Shown here: one piece after another, positions 1-8,192 of the stretch
Position numbering within the stretch: position 1 is the stretch's first letter
How the letters are laid out: every line of letters starts with the position of its first letter
Assembly: GCF_003856495.1 (NCBI RefSeq)
Contig: NZ_CP034118.1
Coordinates: 2,511,842-2,543,841, forward strand
DNA: 32,000 bases
DNA from: Staphylospora marina
GTDB lineage: Bacteria > Bacillota > Bacilli > Thermoactinomycetales > Thermoactinomycetaceae
Direction: 5' to 3'
Position numbers and translations under genes: made by a program
Notes under the pieces: model-generated
Databases searched by the model: none
Seen by the model: the letters and a program-made list of their open reading frames with translations, nothing else
Told to the model about the DNA's origin: nothing

Positions 1-15
1 TTTTTCCGTTCCTCC

Positions 16-687
16 TCACAAAAACCGGGGATCCAGCCTCTCTCCGAGCTCCTCCTTCAACTGCCGGAGCGTCTCCCCGTCCCGCGCGGAAACTTGTACC
101 GTCAAATACTCCGTAATGCTCGCCACCCATTTCCCGCCACAGAAAAACAAAAGGGGCACGCCCTTGATCGACGCTTGTCCCAACAGCCTCACCTCCGCCC
201 AAGATTCCACCGCCGCCGCGCGCGCATCGTCCCACTCCGCCGGTCCCCGGGAAATGATCCGGGCCCCCGCCAACAGGTCCTCATACGCTTGGCACGCCGG
301 GCCGAACCATTCCTCAAACCGGGGATGTTCCTCTTTCCAGCCGGGCGCAAGATACGCATCCACCCGCCATTCCCGGGACAGATCCGGCGAGACCACCGTG
401 TTCCCCGAAGGAAACAGAAACTCCCCCGCCGTCTCCAGCCAATCGAAAAACGCCTGCTCCCAAGCGATCCATTCCCGGGGGGTGAATGTGGGATCGGCGG
501 ATTTGTTGTTGACGGCTTCAAATCCCCAATAAAGCGGGCTGGCCACATTGATCTTCCGATTAAACTGTTCTTCCGGCATGGTGAAGCAGATGCGGTGCGG
601 GCAGGGTTTCCCCTCTTCGCCGTTCCAGGAAAACCAGTCGTACGGGCTGATTTCCTTCAAGAGCTGTGATGTGTTCAGTCGTTTCAA
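16..687 (-). CDS. hypothetical protein (Trp-rich, ~223 aa), family not recognised
   Basis: ORF 16..789. Its first 34 codons run into the repeat array. An in-frame TTG at 685-687 is preceded by GGAGG (697-701) at 9-nt spacing. The remaining sequence looks like a normal globular protein. Confidence 0.5.
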   Translation of the reverse strand: MKRLNTSQLLKEISPYDWFSWNGEEGKPCPHRICFTMPEEQFNRKINVASPLYWGFEAVNNKSADPTFTPREWIAWEQAFFDWLETAGEFLFPSGNTVVSPDLSREWRVDAYLAPGWKEEHPRFEEWFGPACQAYEDLLAGARIISRGPAEWDDARAAAVESWAEVRLLGQASIKGVPLLFFCGGKWVASITEYLTVQVSARDGETLRQLKEELGERLDPRFL

Positions 688-726
688 GGGATGAGACCTC
701 CGTGTGTTTATTTGTTGCAGAGTCTG

Positions 727-1321
727 CCGCCGTGGCTGTTCCCGGCGATTGCCTTTGCGCCAGCAATGAAATGAGCCGGGAACGGCCACGGATTCGGATT
801 TTTAGCATTGTGTGACCAAGCATACCGAAGACAACCCCTGCTTGTTTCGTTGCAATGGCAAAGGCACTCGCAGGGATTGGGGCCGGCTTTCTCACAAATG
901 CATCACCGCCGTGACTGTTCCCGGTGAATGCCTTTGCGTCAGCAACGAAATGAGCCGGGAACGGCCACGGATTCGGATTTTTAGCATTGTGTGACCAAGC
1001 ATGCCGAAGACAACCCCTGCTTGTTTCGTTGCAATGGCAAAGGCACTCGCAGGGGTTGGCTTCGGCTTTCTCAACAAGCCAATACCTCTGCCGCGTGACT
1101 GTTCCCGGCGATTGCCTTTGCATCAGCAACGAAATGAGCCGGGAACAGCCACGGTTTTCCGGCTGTCCAGATGCTCGCCGGATGCCAAACTCCCGCTCGT
1201 TTCATTGCAATGGCAAAGGCACTCACAGGGATTGGGGCCGGCTTTCTCACAAATGCATCACCACCGTGTTCCCGGTGAATGCCTTTGCGTCAGCAACGAA
1301 ATGAGCCGGGAACAGCCACGG
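727..1321 (+). repeat. Repeat array 1: alternating hairpin modules A and B with a ~180-bp period (3.5 units)
   Basis: A modules (46 nt; stem GTTCCCGG/CCGGGAAC; 30-nt loop) lie at 738-783, 917-962, 1101-1146 and 1268-1313. B modules (stem CCCTGC/GCAGGG; 28-nt loop) lie at 836-875, 1015-1054 and ~1191-1230. The A loop and the reverse complement of the B loop share the core TGCCTTTGC-N4-GCAAYGAAA. Confidence 0.9.
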
Positions 1322-1436
1322 ATCAAGGATTGACCTGTCTTTGATATTCGAGGACGAAAGAAATTTTGGGGCCGATTCAACCGCCTTCGGTGCGATGTCA
1401 TGAATGCGTCCCGTTTGAGGACTCACCGTCGCTCTT

Positions 1437-1485
1437 GCAAAGAAAAAGGGAACTCTCCCACCCGAAAGGGTGAAGAAAGTTCCCT
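1437..1485 (-). terminator. Rho-independent terminator of the arg operon
   Basis: Minus strand reads AGGGAACTttcttCACCCtttcGGGTGggagAGTTCCCT followed by TTTTTCTTTG, about 80 nt after the argF stop. Confidence 0.75.
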
Positions 1486-1567
1486 CGCCAAGAAAAGTCG
1501 GGGGCAATCAGCTTCATCCGGCAAAGCTTTGAATCCTGCCGGGAGACTGCCGAACGGAGATAGCCGT

Positions 1568-2530
1568 TCACTCTCCCAGCAGGGCCATCAGCAGCGCCTT
1601 CTGCGCATGCAGGCGGTTTTCCGCCTGATCAAACACGACCGAGCGGGGGCCGTCGATCACGCCCGGGGATACCTCCCAGTCGCGATAGGCGGGCAAACAG
1701 TGGAGGAAGACCGCGTCTTCCTTCGCCAGCGCCATCAGGGTTTCATTCACCTGATATCCCTGGAAGTCGCGGAGGCGTTTCTCCTTTTCCTCTTCCTGCC
1801 CCATGCTGGCCCACACGTCGGTGTAAACGGCGTCCGCTCCCTGGACGGCGACGAACGGGTCATGGCTGAAGTGCAAGCTGCCTCCGGTGAGAGCGGCCAT
1901 TTCCTCCGCCTGTTTCCACACCTCAGGCAGCGGTTCGTACCCCGGGGGCGTGGAAATGTGGAGGTGAATGCCCGCCAGCGCCGCCCCGTGCATCAGGGAA
2001 TGCAACACGTTGTTCCCGTCGCCGACATACGTCAGCTTCAGCCCGGACAAGGTTCCCTTCACTTCCCACAGCGTCAGCAGGTCGGCGAGAATCTGGCACG
2101 GATGGTACAGGTCGGTCAGTCCGTTGATCACCGGGATTTCGGCATGCGTCGCCAGCTCCTCCACCAGTTCCTGGCTGAATGTGCGGATCAGGATGGCGTC
2201 CACGTAACGGGACAGGACTTTCGCGGTGTCCTCGACCGATTCGCCGCGCCCCATCTGCAACTCTTCCCGCTGAAGGTTGAGCGCATGGCCGCCCAGCTGG
2301 GCCATGCCCACCTCGAAGGACACGCGCGTCCGGGTGGACGGCTTGTCGAAGATCATGGCCAGGGTTTTCCCCTTGAGCGGAGCGCCGATGCTCCAGAGTT
2401 GCCGCTGGGTTTTCATCTGGTGGGCCAGTTCCACCAGCGATTGAAGTCCGGAGGGGGAAAGACCCTCCAGCGTGAGAAAATCCTGCCCCTTGAGCGGGGC
2501 CAATGCCGGTTTGGACAAGAGTGCGTTCAT
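1568..2530 (-). CDS. argF: ornithine carbamoyltransferase
   Basis: STRTR, HPCQ and HCLP motifs are present. The ATG at 2528-2530 overlaps the argD stop (ATGA). The 499-aa ORF extending to 3067 is an upstream over-extension. Confidence 0.93.
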   Translation of the reverse strand: MNALLSKPALAPLKGQDFLTLEGLSPSGLQSLVELAHQMKTQRQLWSIGAPLKGKTLAMIFDKPSTRTRVSFEVGMAQLGGHALNLQREELQMGRGESVEDTAKVLSRYVDAILIRTFSQELVEELATHAEIPVINGLTDLYHPCQILADLLTLWEVKGTLSGLKLTYVGDGNNVLHSLMHGAALAGIHLHISTPPGYEPLPEVWKQAEEMAALTGGSLHFSHDPFVAVQGADAVYTDVWASMGQEEEKEKRLRDFQGYQVNETLMALAKEDAVFLHCLPAYRDWEVSPGVIDGPRSVVFDQAENRLHAQKALLMALLGE

Positions 2531-3735
2531 TTGGCGACAACCTCCCTGATCTCGCTCAATCCTTCCATTTTCCCTCCGAACCGCTTTTCGGCCACCTGCC
2601 CGATGATCCGGACCGCCTGCCGGATCTCCGTTTCGCCGACCACCAGGGGAGGGAGCAGGCGCAGCACCGTTTCCCCCGCCGGAAGCGTGACCAGTCCCGC
2701 ATGCAGCAGCTCCCGGATGAAGGGCTGAACCGGAACGGTGAGCTCCACGCCGATCATCAGCCCGAGACCGCGGACATCGATCACTTCCGCGTACGGAGAC
2801 AGCACTTGGCGCAATCCGTCCCTCAGCAACCGGCTTTTCGCTTCCACTTCCCCGATCAGTCCCGACACCTCCAACTCCTCCAGCACCGCTCCCGCCGCCG
2901 CCATGGCCAGCAAGTTTCCGCCGAAGGTGGTTCCGTGCGAACCGGGTCCCAAATGCGGCTTCAATTCCTCTCGGGCCAGCATGGCGCCCACGGGGAATCC
3001 GTTGCCGAGTCCCTTGGCCGTCGTGATCACGTCCGGGGTGATGCCGTATCGTTGAAAGGCAAACCATGCGCCGGTTCTTCCGATGCCGGTCTGCACTTCA
3101 TCCACCATCAGGAGCAACCGTTTCTCGCGGCACCAGTCGGCCAGCTCCCGGACAAACCCGGGATCGACGGGTTTCACGCCGCCCTCCCCCCGTACCAACT
3201 CCAACAGCACCGCCGCGGTGGCCGCTCCGGTGGCTTCCCGCACCGCGTCCATGTTCTCCGGCGGCAGAATGCGGAATCCGCCCGGAAGCGGGTCGAATCC
3301 CCGTTTCACCTTCTCCTGACCGGTGGCGGTGAGGGTGGCCAACGTCCGCCCGTGAAACGATCCCTCAAACGTCAGAATCTGCGGTTCGGCAATCACCTTG
3401 GCTTCCCGGGCCCAGCGGCGGGCCAGCTTGATGGCCGCCTCATTGGCCTCCGCGCCGCTGTTGCAGAAGAACACCGCTCCCATCCCCGACACCCGGCAAA
3501 GGGCTTCCGCCACCCGTTCCTGAAGCCTGTGGGGAAAGAGATTGGACAGGTGCCAAAGCTGCCCGGCCTGCCGGATCAGGGCTGCCCGCACGCGGGGATG
3601 ATTGTGTCCCAGTCCGGTCACCCCGATTCCGGAAGCGAAATCCAGCCATCGCCGTCCCGACCGGTCAGTCAGCCAGACGCCTTCTCCTTTTTCGAACTCC
3701 ACATCATACCGGATGTAAGTGGGAAACAGCTTCAC
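2527..3735 (-). CDS. argD: acetylornithine aminotransferase (PLP-dependent, class III)
   Basis: 402 aa. The N-terminus MKLFPTYIRYDV... aligns with Bacillus ArgD, and the protein has the typical class-III aminotransferase layout. It sits between argB and argF. Confidence 0.92.
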   Translation of the reverse strand: MKLFPTYIRYDVEFEKGEGVWLTDRSGRRWLDFASGIGVTGLGHNHPRVRAALIRQAGQLWHLSNLFPHRLQERVAEALCRVSGMGAVFFCNSGAEANEAAIKLARRWAREAKVIAEPQILTFEGSFHGRTLATLTATGQEKVKRGFDPLPGGFRILPPENMDAVREATGAATAAVLLELVRGEGGVKPVDPGFVRELADWCREKRLLLMVDEVQTGIGRTGAWFAFQRYGITPDVITTAKGLGNGFPVGAMLAREELKPHLGPGSHGTTFGGNLLAMAAAGAVLEELEVSGLIGEVEAKSRLLRDGLRQVLSPYAEVIDVRGLGLMIGVELTVPVQPFIRELLHAGLVTLPAGETVLRLLPPLVVGETEIRQAVRIIGQVAEKRFGGKMEGLSEIREVVAK

Positions 3736-4516
3736 CCGTCTTCACCTCTTCCCTCACCAGGCAGGTGCCCGTTCCTTCCTCTCCGGGGAGAACCGGGGAC
3801 TTGCCGCCCGTGATCCACACCTCTTCCACCGACCCGCGCAGGCAGCGGATGCCCGCACGCGTTTTGGGAATCATCCCTCCCGTGATCCAGCCGTTCCGGA
3901 TGCCTTCTTCCAGCTGCTGCAACGTGGCCTTGGACAACCGGATGCGTTTGGCCCCTTCGGTGCGGTAAATGCCGTCGACGTCCGTCACCAGTACGAGACG
4001 TTTGGCCGAGATCGATTCCGCCAGCGCGGCGGCCGCCTCGTCCGCATTGATGTTGTAGTGTCGGCCCTGTTGATCCGCCCCGACGGAAGCGATCACCGGC
4101 ACCCATCCGTCCGCGAGCATGCTGCGGAGGGCTTCCCGGTTCACCTCTTCCACCTCGCCGACAAATCCCAATCGGGCATCGGCCGGTTTGACCCGCAGGA
4201 GGGAGAGATCCACCCCGCTCAGCCCGATTGCCGGAATGCCCGCCATCAAGAGCGTCGACACCAACCGCTTGTTGATATCTCCGGCCAGCACCATCCTGGC
4301 CGCTTCGAGGGTTTGTTCATCGGTGACCCGGCGGCCGTCGACGAAACGGGGGACGATGCCCCTCTCCCGCAGGAATTCCGACAGGCGCGGACCACCGCCG
4401 TGCACCACGACCAGCGGTGTGCCTTCGGCATGCAAACGGGCGATTTGTTCGAGAAACCGGGATTCCATCCGGTCCATCGCGTGTCCTCCCAGTTTCACCA
4501 CGACCGCTTTCTCCAC
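3704..4516 (-). CDS. argB: acetylglutamate kinase
   Basis: KLGG...VVHGGGP and NINAD motifs are present. The preferred start is the GTG at 4514-4516, 11 nt after GGAGG, which gives VEKAVVVKLGG like B. subtilis ArgB. The alternative ATG at 4552 would overlap argJ by 20 nt. Confidence 0.9.
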   Translation of the reverse strand: MEKAVVVKLGGHAMDRMESRFLEQIARLHAEGTPLVVVHGGGPRLSEFLRERGIVPRFVDGRRVTDEQTLEAARMVLAGDINKRLVSTLLMAGIPAIGLSGVDLSLLRVKPADARLGFVGEVEEVNREALRSMLADGWVPVIASVGADQQGRHYNINADEAAAALAESISAKRLVLVTDVDGIYRTEGAKRIRLSKATLQQLEEGIRNGWITGGMIPKTRAGIRCLRGSVEEVWITGGKSPVLPGEEGTGTCLVREEVKTGEAVSHLHPV

Positions 4517-4532
4517 GACTTCCCTTCCCTCC

Positions 4533-5765
4533 TCATGTGCGGTAACTCGCATTGATGGTCACGTAATCATGGGTCAGATCGCATCCCCACGCCACGGCCT
4601 TTCCCTCCCCGGAGTGGAGCTTCAGACGGATGCACACCGTCTCCCGCCCCAGTTCCGCCTCGGCGGCTCCGGCGTCAAACACCAGCGGGATTCCTCCGCG
4701 CACCACCTGAACGTCTCCGAGAAACACTTCCGTCTTCTCCGGATCGAGCGTGGGATCCCCGTATCCGGCCGCACACACGATCCGGCCCCAGTTGGCATCC
4801 CTGCCGAACACCGCCGTTTTCACCAGGCTGGATCCGGCCACCGCCCGCGCGACGGCCGCGGCTCTCTTTGCGTCGGACGCTCCTTCCACCTGCACTTCGA
4901 TCAGGCGGGTGGCACCTTCCCCGTCCCTGGCGATTGCCTTGGACAGCTCCCGGCACACATGAAGAAACGCCGCGGAAAACGCCTCCCAATCGGGATGGTC
5001 GGGAGTGAGAGTCCGATTGCCCGCCAGTCCGCTGGCCATCGCCACCGTCATGTCGTTGGTGCTGGAATCCCCGTCGACCGTGATCATGTTGAACGTTTCG
5101 TCCGTTGCTTTCCACAGCAGCGACTGAAGCATGTCGGGGGAAATCCGCGCATCGGTCGTGATGAAGGCGAGCATGGTGGCCATGTTGGGATGAATCATGC
5201 CGGACCCTTTGGCCGCCCCCGCCACCACCACCGGGACTCCGTCCACCGTCAGCCTGACTTCGGCCTGTTTGATACAGGTGTCGGTGGTCAGGATCGCTTT
5301 GGCGAACGAACGTCCTCCTTCCTTGCTCACCGTCAGCTGCCGGAGTCCGCCGACAATCCGGTCCATCGGCAGGAATTCCCCGATCACGCCGGTGGAGGCC
5401 ACCGCCACTTCATGCCGGTTCACTCCCAGAAGCTCCGCCGCCGTATCCCGCATCATCCGGGCATCTTCCAAACCGCGAGGACCGGTGCATGAATTGGCGT
5501 TCCCGCTGTTGACCACCACGGCCCGCAGGGTTCCGCCGGCGCCAAGACTTTCCTGGGTCACCTTGATGGGAGCCGCCTGAAAGGCATTGGTGGTGTACAC
5601 GGCCGCCGCACTGGCCGGCCGTTCGCAAACGATCATGCCCAGATCCGGTCGCTTTCTCTTGATCCCGCAATGCATGCCTCCGGCCGCAAACCCTTTCGGC
5701 GATGCGACATTGGGTTCATTCACGATGACAAACGGCGTTTTCCCGATCAGGATCCCTTGTTCCAC
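4533..5765 (-). CDS. argJ: bifunctional glutamate N-acetyltransferase / amino-acid acetyltransferase
   Basis: 410 aa with the autoprocessing site context PNMATMLAF. GTG start at 5765 with GGAGG 8 nt upstream. Confidence 0.93.
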   Translation of the reverse strand: MEQGILIGKTPFVIVNEPNVASPKGFAAGGMHCGIKRKRPDLGMIVCERPASAAAVYTTNAFQAAPIKVTQESLGAGGTLRAVVVNSGNANSCTGPRGLEDARMMRDTAAELLGVNRHEVAVASTGVIGEFLPMDRIVGGLRQLTVSKEGGRSFAKAILTTDTCIKQAEVRLTVDGVPVVVAGAAKGSGMIHPNMATMLAFITTDARISPDMLQSLLWKATDETFNMITVDGDSSTNDMTVAMASGLAGNRTLTPDHPDWEAFSAAFLHVCRELSKAIARDGEGATRLIEVQVEGASDAKRAAAVARAVAGSSLVKTAVFGRDANWGRIVCAAGYGDPTLDPEKTEVFLGDVQVVRGGIPLVFDAGAAEAELGRETVCIRLKLHSGEGKAVAWGCDLTHDYVTINASYRT

Positions 5766-5808
5766 GTCCGTTCCCTCCTCTCCGGAACATTCCTGTACGC
5801 GCTTGCTC

Positions 5809-6840
5809 TCACGGGTATTGGGGAAGTGCCTTCAGTCCGGTTTCCTCGGACCACCCCAGCCGGATGTTGGCATTTTGCATCGCCTGACCGGCGGCTCCTT
5901 TCATCAGATTGTCGATCGCCGCCATGAGGATCACCCGCCCCGTCCGCTCGTCGACCCGCACGGCGATGTCACAAAAATTGCTGCCTCGCACGGCACCGGT
6001 TTCCGGCGGACGGTCCGTCAGGATCCGGATGAACGGTTTGTCCCGATACGCGTCCCGATACAGGTCGGTCAGTTCCTTTTCTGTATATTTATTCATCAAT
6101 GATGCATAAACGGTGACCAAGATTCCGCGGTTCATGGGAACCAGGTGAGGAACAAAACTGATGCGAAGCTCCCGTCCGGCAAAGCGCGCCGCCCCTTCTT
6201 CGATCTCCGTCGTGTGAGGGTGACCCGTCACCCGGTAAGGCCTGAGGTTTTCATTCACCTCGCAATACAGCAGTTCCCGCTTCAGACCGCGGCCGGCACC
6301 GGTCACGCCCGACTTGGCGTCGACGATCACCCCGGCCGGATTCACGATCCCTTCCCTCAGAAGCGGAAGGAGCGCAAGGAGCGTCGCGGTCGGATAACAA
6401 CCCGGATTGGCGATCAGTTCCGCCTCCCGAAGTCGCTCCCGGTTCCATTCCGACAATCCGTACACGGCGCGTTCCAACCATTCTTTCGGCGCCGGCGGCT
6501 TGCCGTACCGCTCCTCATACACGGCCGGATCGTGAAACCGGAAATCGGCCGACAGATCGATCACGATGCAGCCCGCCTCAAGGAACGGGGCCGCCCATCG
6601 GGCGCAGATTCCCGGAGGAGTGGCGAAAAAGACCAGATCCGCCTTCCGGCACACCCGCTCCGGATCGAGCTCTTCGTACATCCGTCCCAGGTGGGACAGA
6701 GAGAGCCAGGAAGTGCCCAGTTCCTCCCCCGCCTGGGAAGTGGAAACCGCCGCCGACAACTCCAGCTCCGGATGCCCTTCGATCAGCCGGATCAGTTCCG
6801 CCCCTCCGTATCCCGTTGAACCGATCACCGCCGCTTTCAT
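5809..6840 (-). CDS. argC: N-acetyl-gamma-glutamyl-phosphate reductase
   Basis: MKAAVIGSTGYGG Rossmann N-terminus and the PGCYPT active-site Cys motif are present. ATG at 6838-6840 with GAGGAGG 8 nt upstream. The ORF extension to 7437 crosses the promoter and the repeat array and is spurious. Confidence 0.93.
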   Translation of the reverse strand: MKAAVIGSTGYGGAELIRLIEGHPELELSAAVSTSQAGEELGTSWLSLSHLGRMYEELDPERVCRKADLVFFATPPGICARWAAPFLEAGCIVIDLSADFRFHDPAVYEERYGKPPAPKEWLERAVYGLSEWNRERLREAELIANPGCYPTATLLALLPLLREGIVNPAGVIVDAKSGVTGAGRGLKRELLYCEVNENLRPYRVTGHPHTTEIEEGAARFAGRELRISFVPHLVPMNRGILVTVYASLMNKYTEKELTDLYRDAYRDKPFIRILTDRPPETGAVRGSNFCDIAVRVDERTGRVILMAAIDNLMKGAAGQAMQNANIRLGWSEETGLKALPQYP

Positions 6841-6861
6841 GCTCATTCCCTCCTCGATATG

Positions 6862-6895
6862 CATCATTATACATTCGAGTTCATATTTATTCAAC
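6862..6895 (-). promoter_or_regulatory. argC sigmaA-type promoter overlapped by two ARG-box-like (ArgR/AhrC) sites
   Basis: Minus strand: TTGAAT (6889-6894), 17-nt spacer, TATAAT (6866-6871). The candidate boxes are gtTGAATaaatATGAAct (6878-6895) and ctCGAATgtatAATGAtg (6862-6879), compared with the consensus wnTGAATwwwwATTCAnw. Confidence 0.6.
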
Positions 6896-6964
6896 ACTTT
6901 TTTCCCGTTTCGTTTTCGCCGGGGAAACGGAAGATTCCGGAAATGAACGGCGACTCCATCCAGC

Positions 6965-7630
6965 CTCCGCGATGAAATGCATTTTCCCATGCCAGGCGAG
7001 AAAGCCGGATCATTCCCGCGAGTAACTTTGCCACCACAACGAAATGAGCGGAGAATTCTCCGGCAGACATTGCGCACACAATGAAAGCCCGACCCAATCC
7101 CTGTGAGCGCCTTTGCCATCGCAACGAAACGAACAGGGATTGGCGTCCGGCGAGCATCCGGACAAGCGGAAAACCATGTCTGTTCCCGGCTCATTTCATT
7201 GCTGACGCAAAGGCATTCGCCGGGAACAGTCACGCCGACGACGCAATTGCTTGGTGAGAAAGCCGTAGCCAACCCCTGCGAGTGCCTTTGCCATCGCAAC
7301 GAAACGAGCGGAGAATACTCCGGCAGACATTGCGCACACAATGAAAGCCCGACCCAATCCCTGTGAGCGCCTTTGCCATCGCAACGAAACGAACAGGGAT
7401 TGGCGTCCGGCGAGCATCCGGACAAGCGGAAAACCATGTCTGTTCCCGGCTCATTTCATTGCTGACGCAAAGGCATTCGCCGGGAACAGTCACGGTGGCA
7501 AGGTATTTGCCTGGTGCGAAAGCCGGGTCATTCCCCGCGAGTAACTTTGCCACCACAACGAAACGAGCGGAGAATACTCCGGCAGACATTGCGCACACAA
7601 TGAAAGCCGGACCCAATCCCCGCGAGAGCA
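6965..7630 (-). repeat. Repeat array 2: same module family as array 1 in inverted orientation, with a 260-bp-period tandem duplication
   Basis: Core-containing modules begin near 7019, 7094, 7186 (inverted), 7270, 7354, 7446 (inverted), 7527 and 7613. Segment 7046-7234 matches 7306-7494 with one mismatch (177 bp identical). Segment 7011-7100 is approximately repeated at 7520-7612. Confidence 0.9.
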
Positions 7631-7666
7631 AACCCGTCTTCCCTTGCGTTCTTGCATTTGGAGGAC

Positions 7667-7697
7667 AAAAAAACAAACGCTCGCTTGTTCGCGAGCG
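7667..7697 (-). terminator. Rho-independent terminator downstream of the cytochrome c gene
   Basis: Stem CGCTCGC (7678-7684) / GCGAGCG (7691-7697) is followed on the minus strand by TTTGTTTTTTT (7667-7677). Confidence 0.65.
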
Positions 7698-7829
7698 CAT
7701 GAACACTTTTTTTTCGATTCGCCGAACGGGATGTTGCAACTTTCGGCGGTCGAAATTCGTCTGTTGCACCAGATAAGCGACAATGGGGGATTGTGTGCGT
7801 TTCCGGTATGAAGCCACGACAAAGATGAC

Positions 7830-8144
7830 TCACTGCTCTTGGGACAACCATTCCGCCAGTTTTTCTCTGTCTTGCTGAGACATGTGAGTTTGTGCGGGCA
7901 TGGTTCCCTTCCCTTTGTTCAGGATTTGAAGAATTCCTTCTTTCCCCAGTTTTTGCCCCACGCCTTTCAAACCCGGCCCGTAAGAACCTTGCATGTTTCC
8001 GCCATGGCAGGCGGCGCAATTGTTCATGTACAGTTCCTCAGGCGTCTGTGCCGATTGCCGGTCCGTTTGAGACGGATTGCCGTTGCAGGCGGCCGTCAAC
8101 AGGAGCAGACTGCATCCGGCAAGAACGGAAATGGCTTTACGCAT
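7830..8144 (-). CDS. cccB: membrane-anchored (lipoprotein) class I cytochrome c, c551-like
   Basis: Signal peptide with the lipobox LLTAAC, heme motif CAACH, and a distal Met in GTMP. The mature part aligns with B. subtilis CccB (PEE.Y..NC.ACHG...G.GP.LKGVG). GGAGG lies 8 nt upstream of the ATG at 8144. Confidence 0.8.
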   Translation of the reverse strand: MRKAISVLAGCSLLLLTAACNGNPSQTDRQSAQTPEELYMNNCAACHGGNMQGSYGPGLKGVGQKLGKEGILQILNKGKGTMPAQTHMSQQDREKLAEWLSQEQ

Positions 8145-8192
8145 GCGTACTTCCTCCTTTTCCGCTTGTGCGCGGCTCCGGATGGCTGCGCC

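Noticed and set aside
560-1333. ORFs of 60-190 aa tiled across array 1 (560..1129, 987..1304, 1001..1333, among others), and similar ORFs across array 2 (6891..7157, 7103..7366, 7230..7817, 7363..7776, 7528..8019).
   Set aside because: They overlap on both strands and in several frames, and they encode the same repeated peptides. They lack RBSs. They are by-products of stop-poor GC-rich repeats.
1568-3067. The 499-aa ORF suggesting an N-terminally extended or fused ornithine carbamoyltransferase. Similar over-extensions affect argC (to 7437), the epimerase (to 18233), csp (to 20340) and prfB (to 11099).
   Set aside because: The extensions overlap the upstream gene, or cross promoters, terminators or repeats. 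Internal starts with RBSs reproduce the canonical N-termini.
6898-6935. The hairpin CCGTTTC...GAAACGG upstream of the argC promoter as a terminator.
   Set aside because: The T-run precedes the stem on the plus strand, giving an A-run after it on the minus strand. It fits a terminator on neither strand.
6965-7630. CRISPR array interpretation of the repeat arrays (also 727-1321). The ~36-nt motif recurs every 75-92 bp, and the B module begins GTTGCAAT... and contains GGATTGG, like some CRISPR repeats.
   Set aside because: The core occurs in both orientations within one array. The 'spacers' are themselves repeated (177 bp identical between units), the spacing is irregular, and there are no cas genes in the window.
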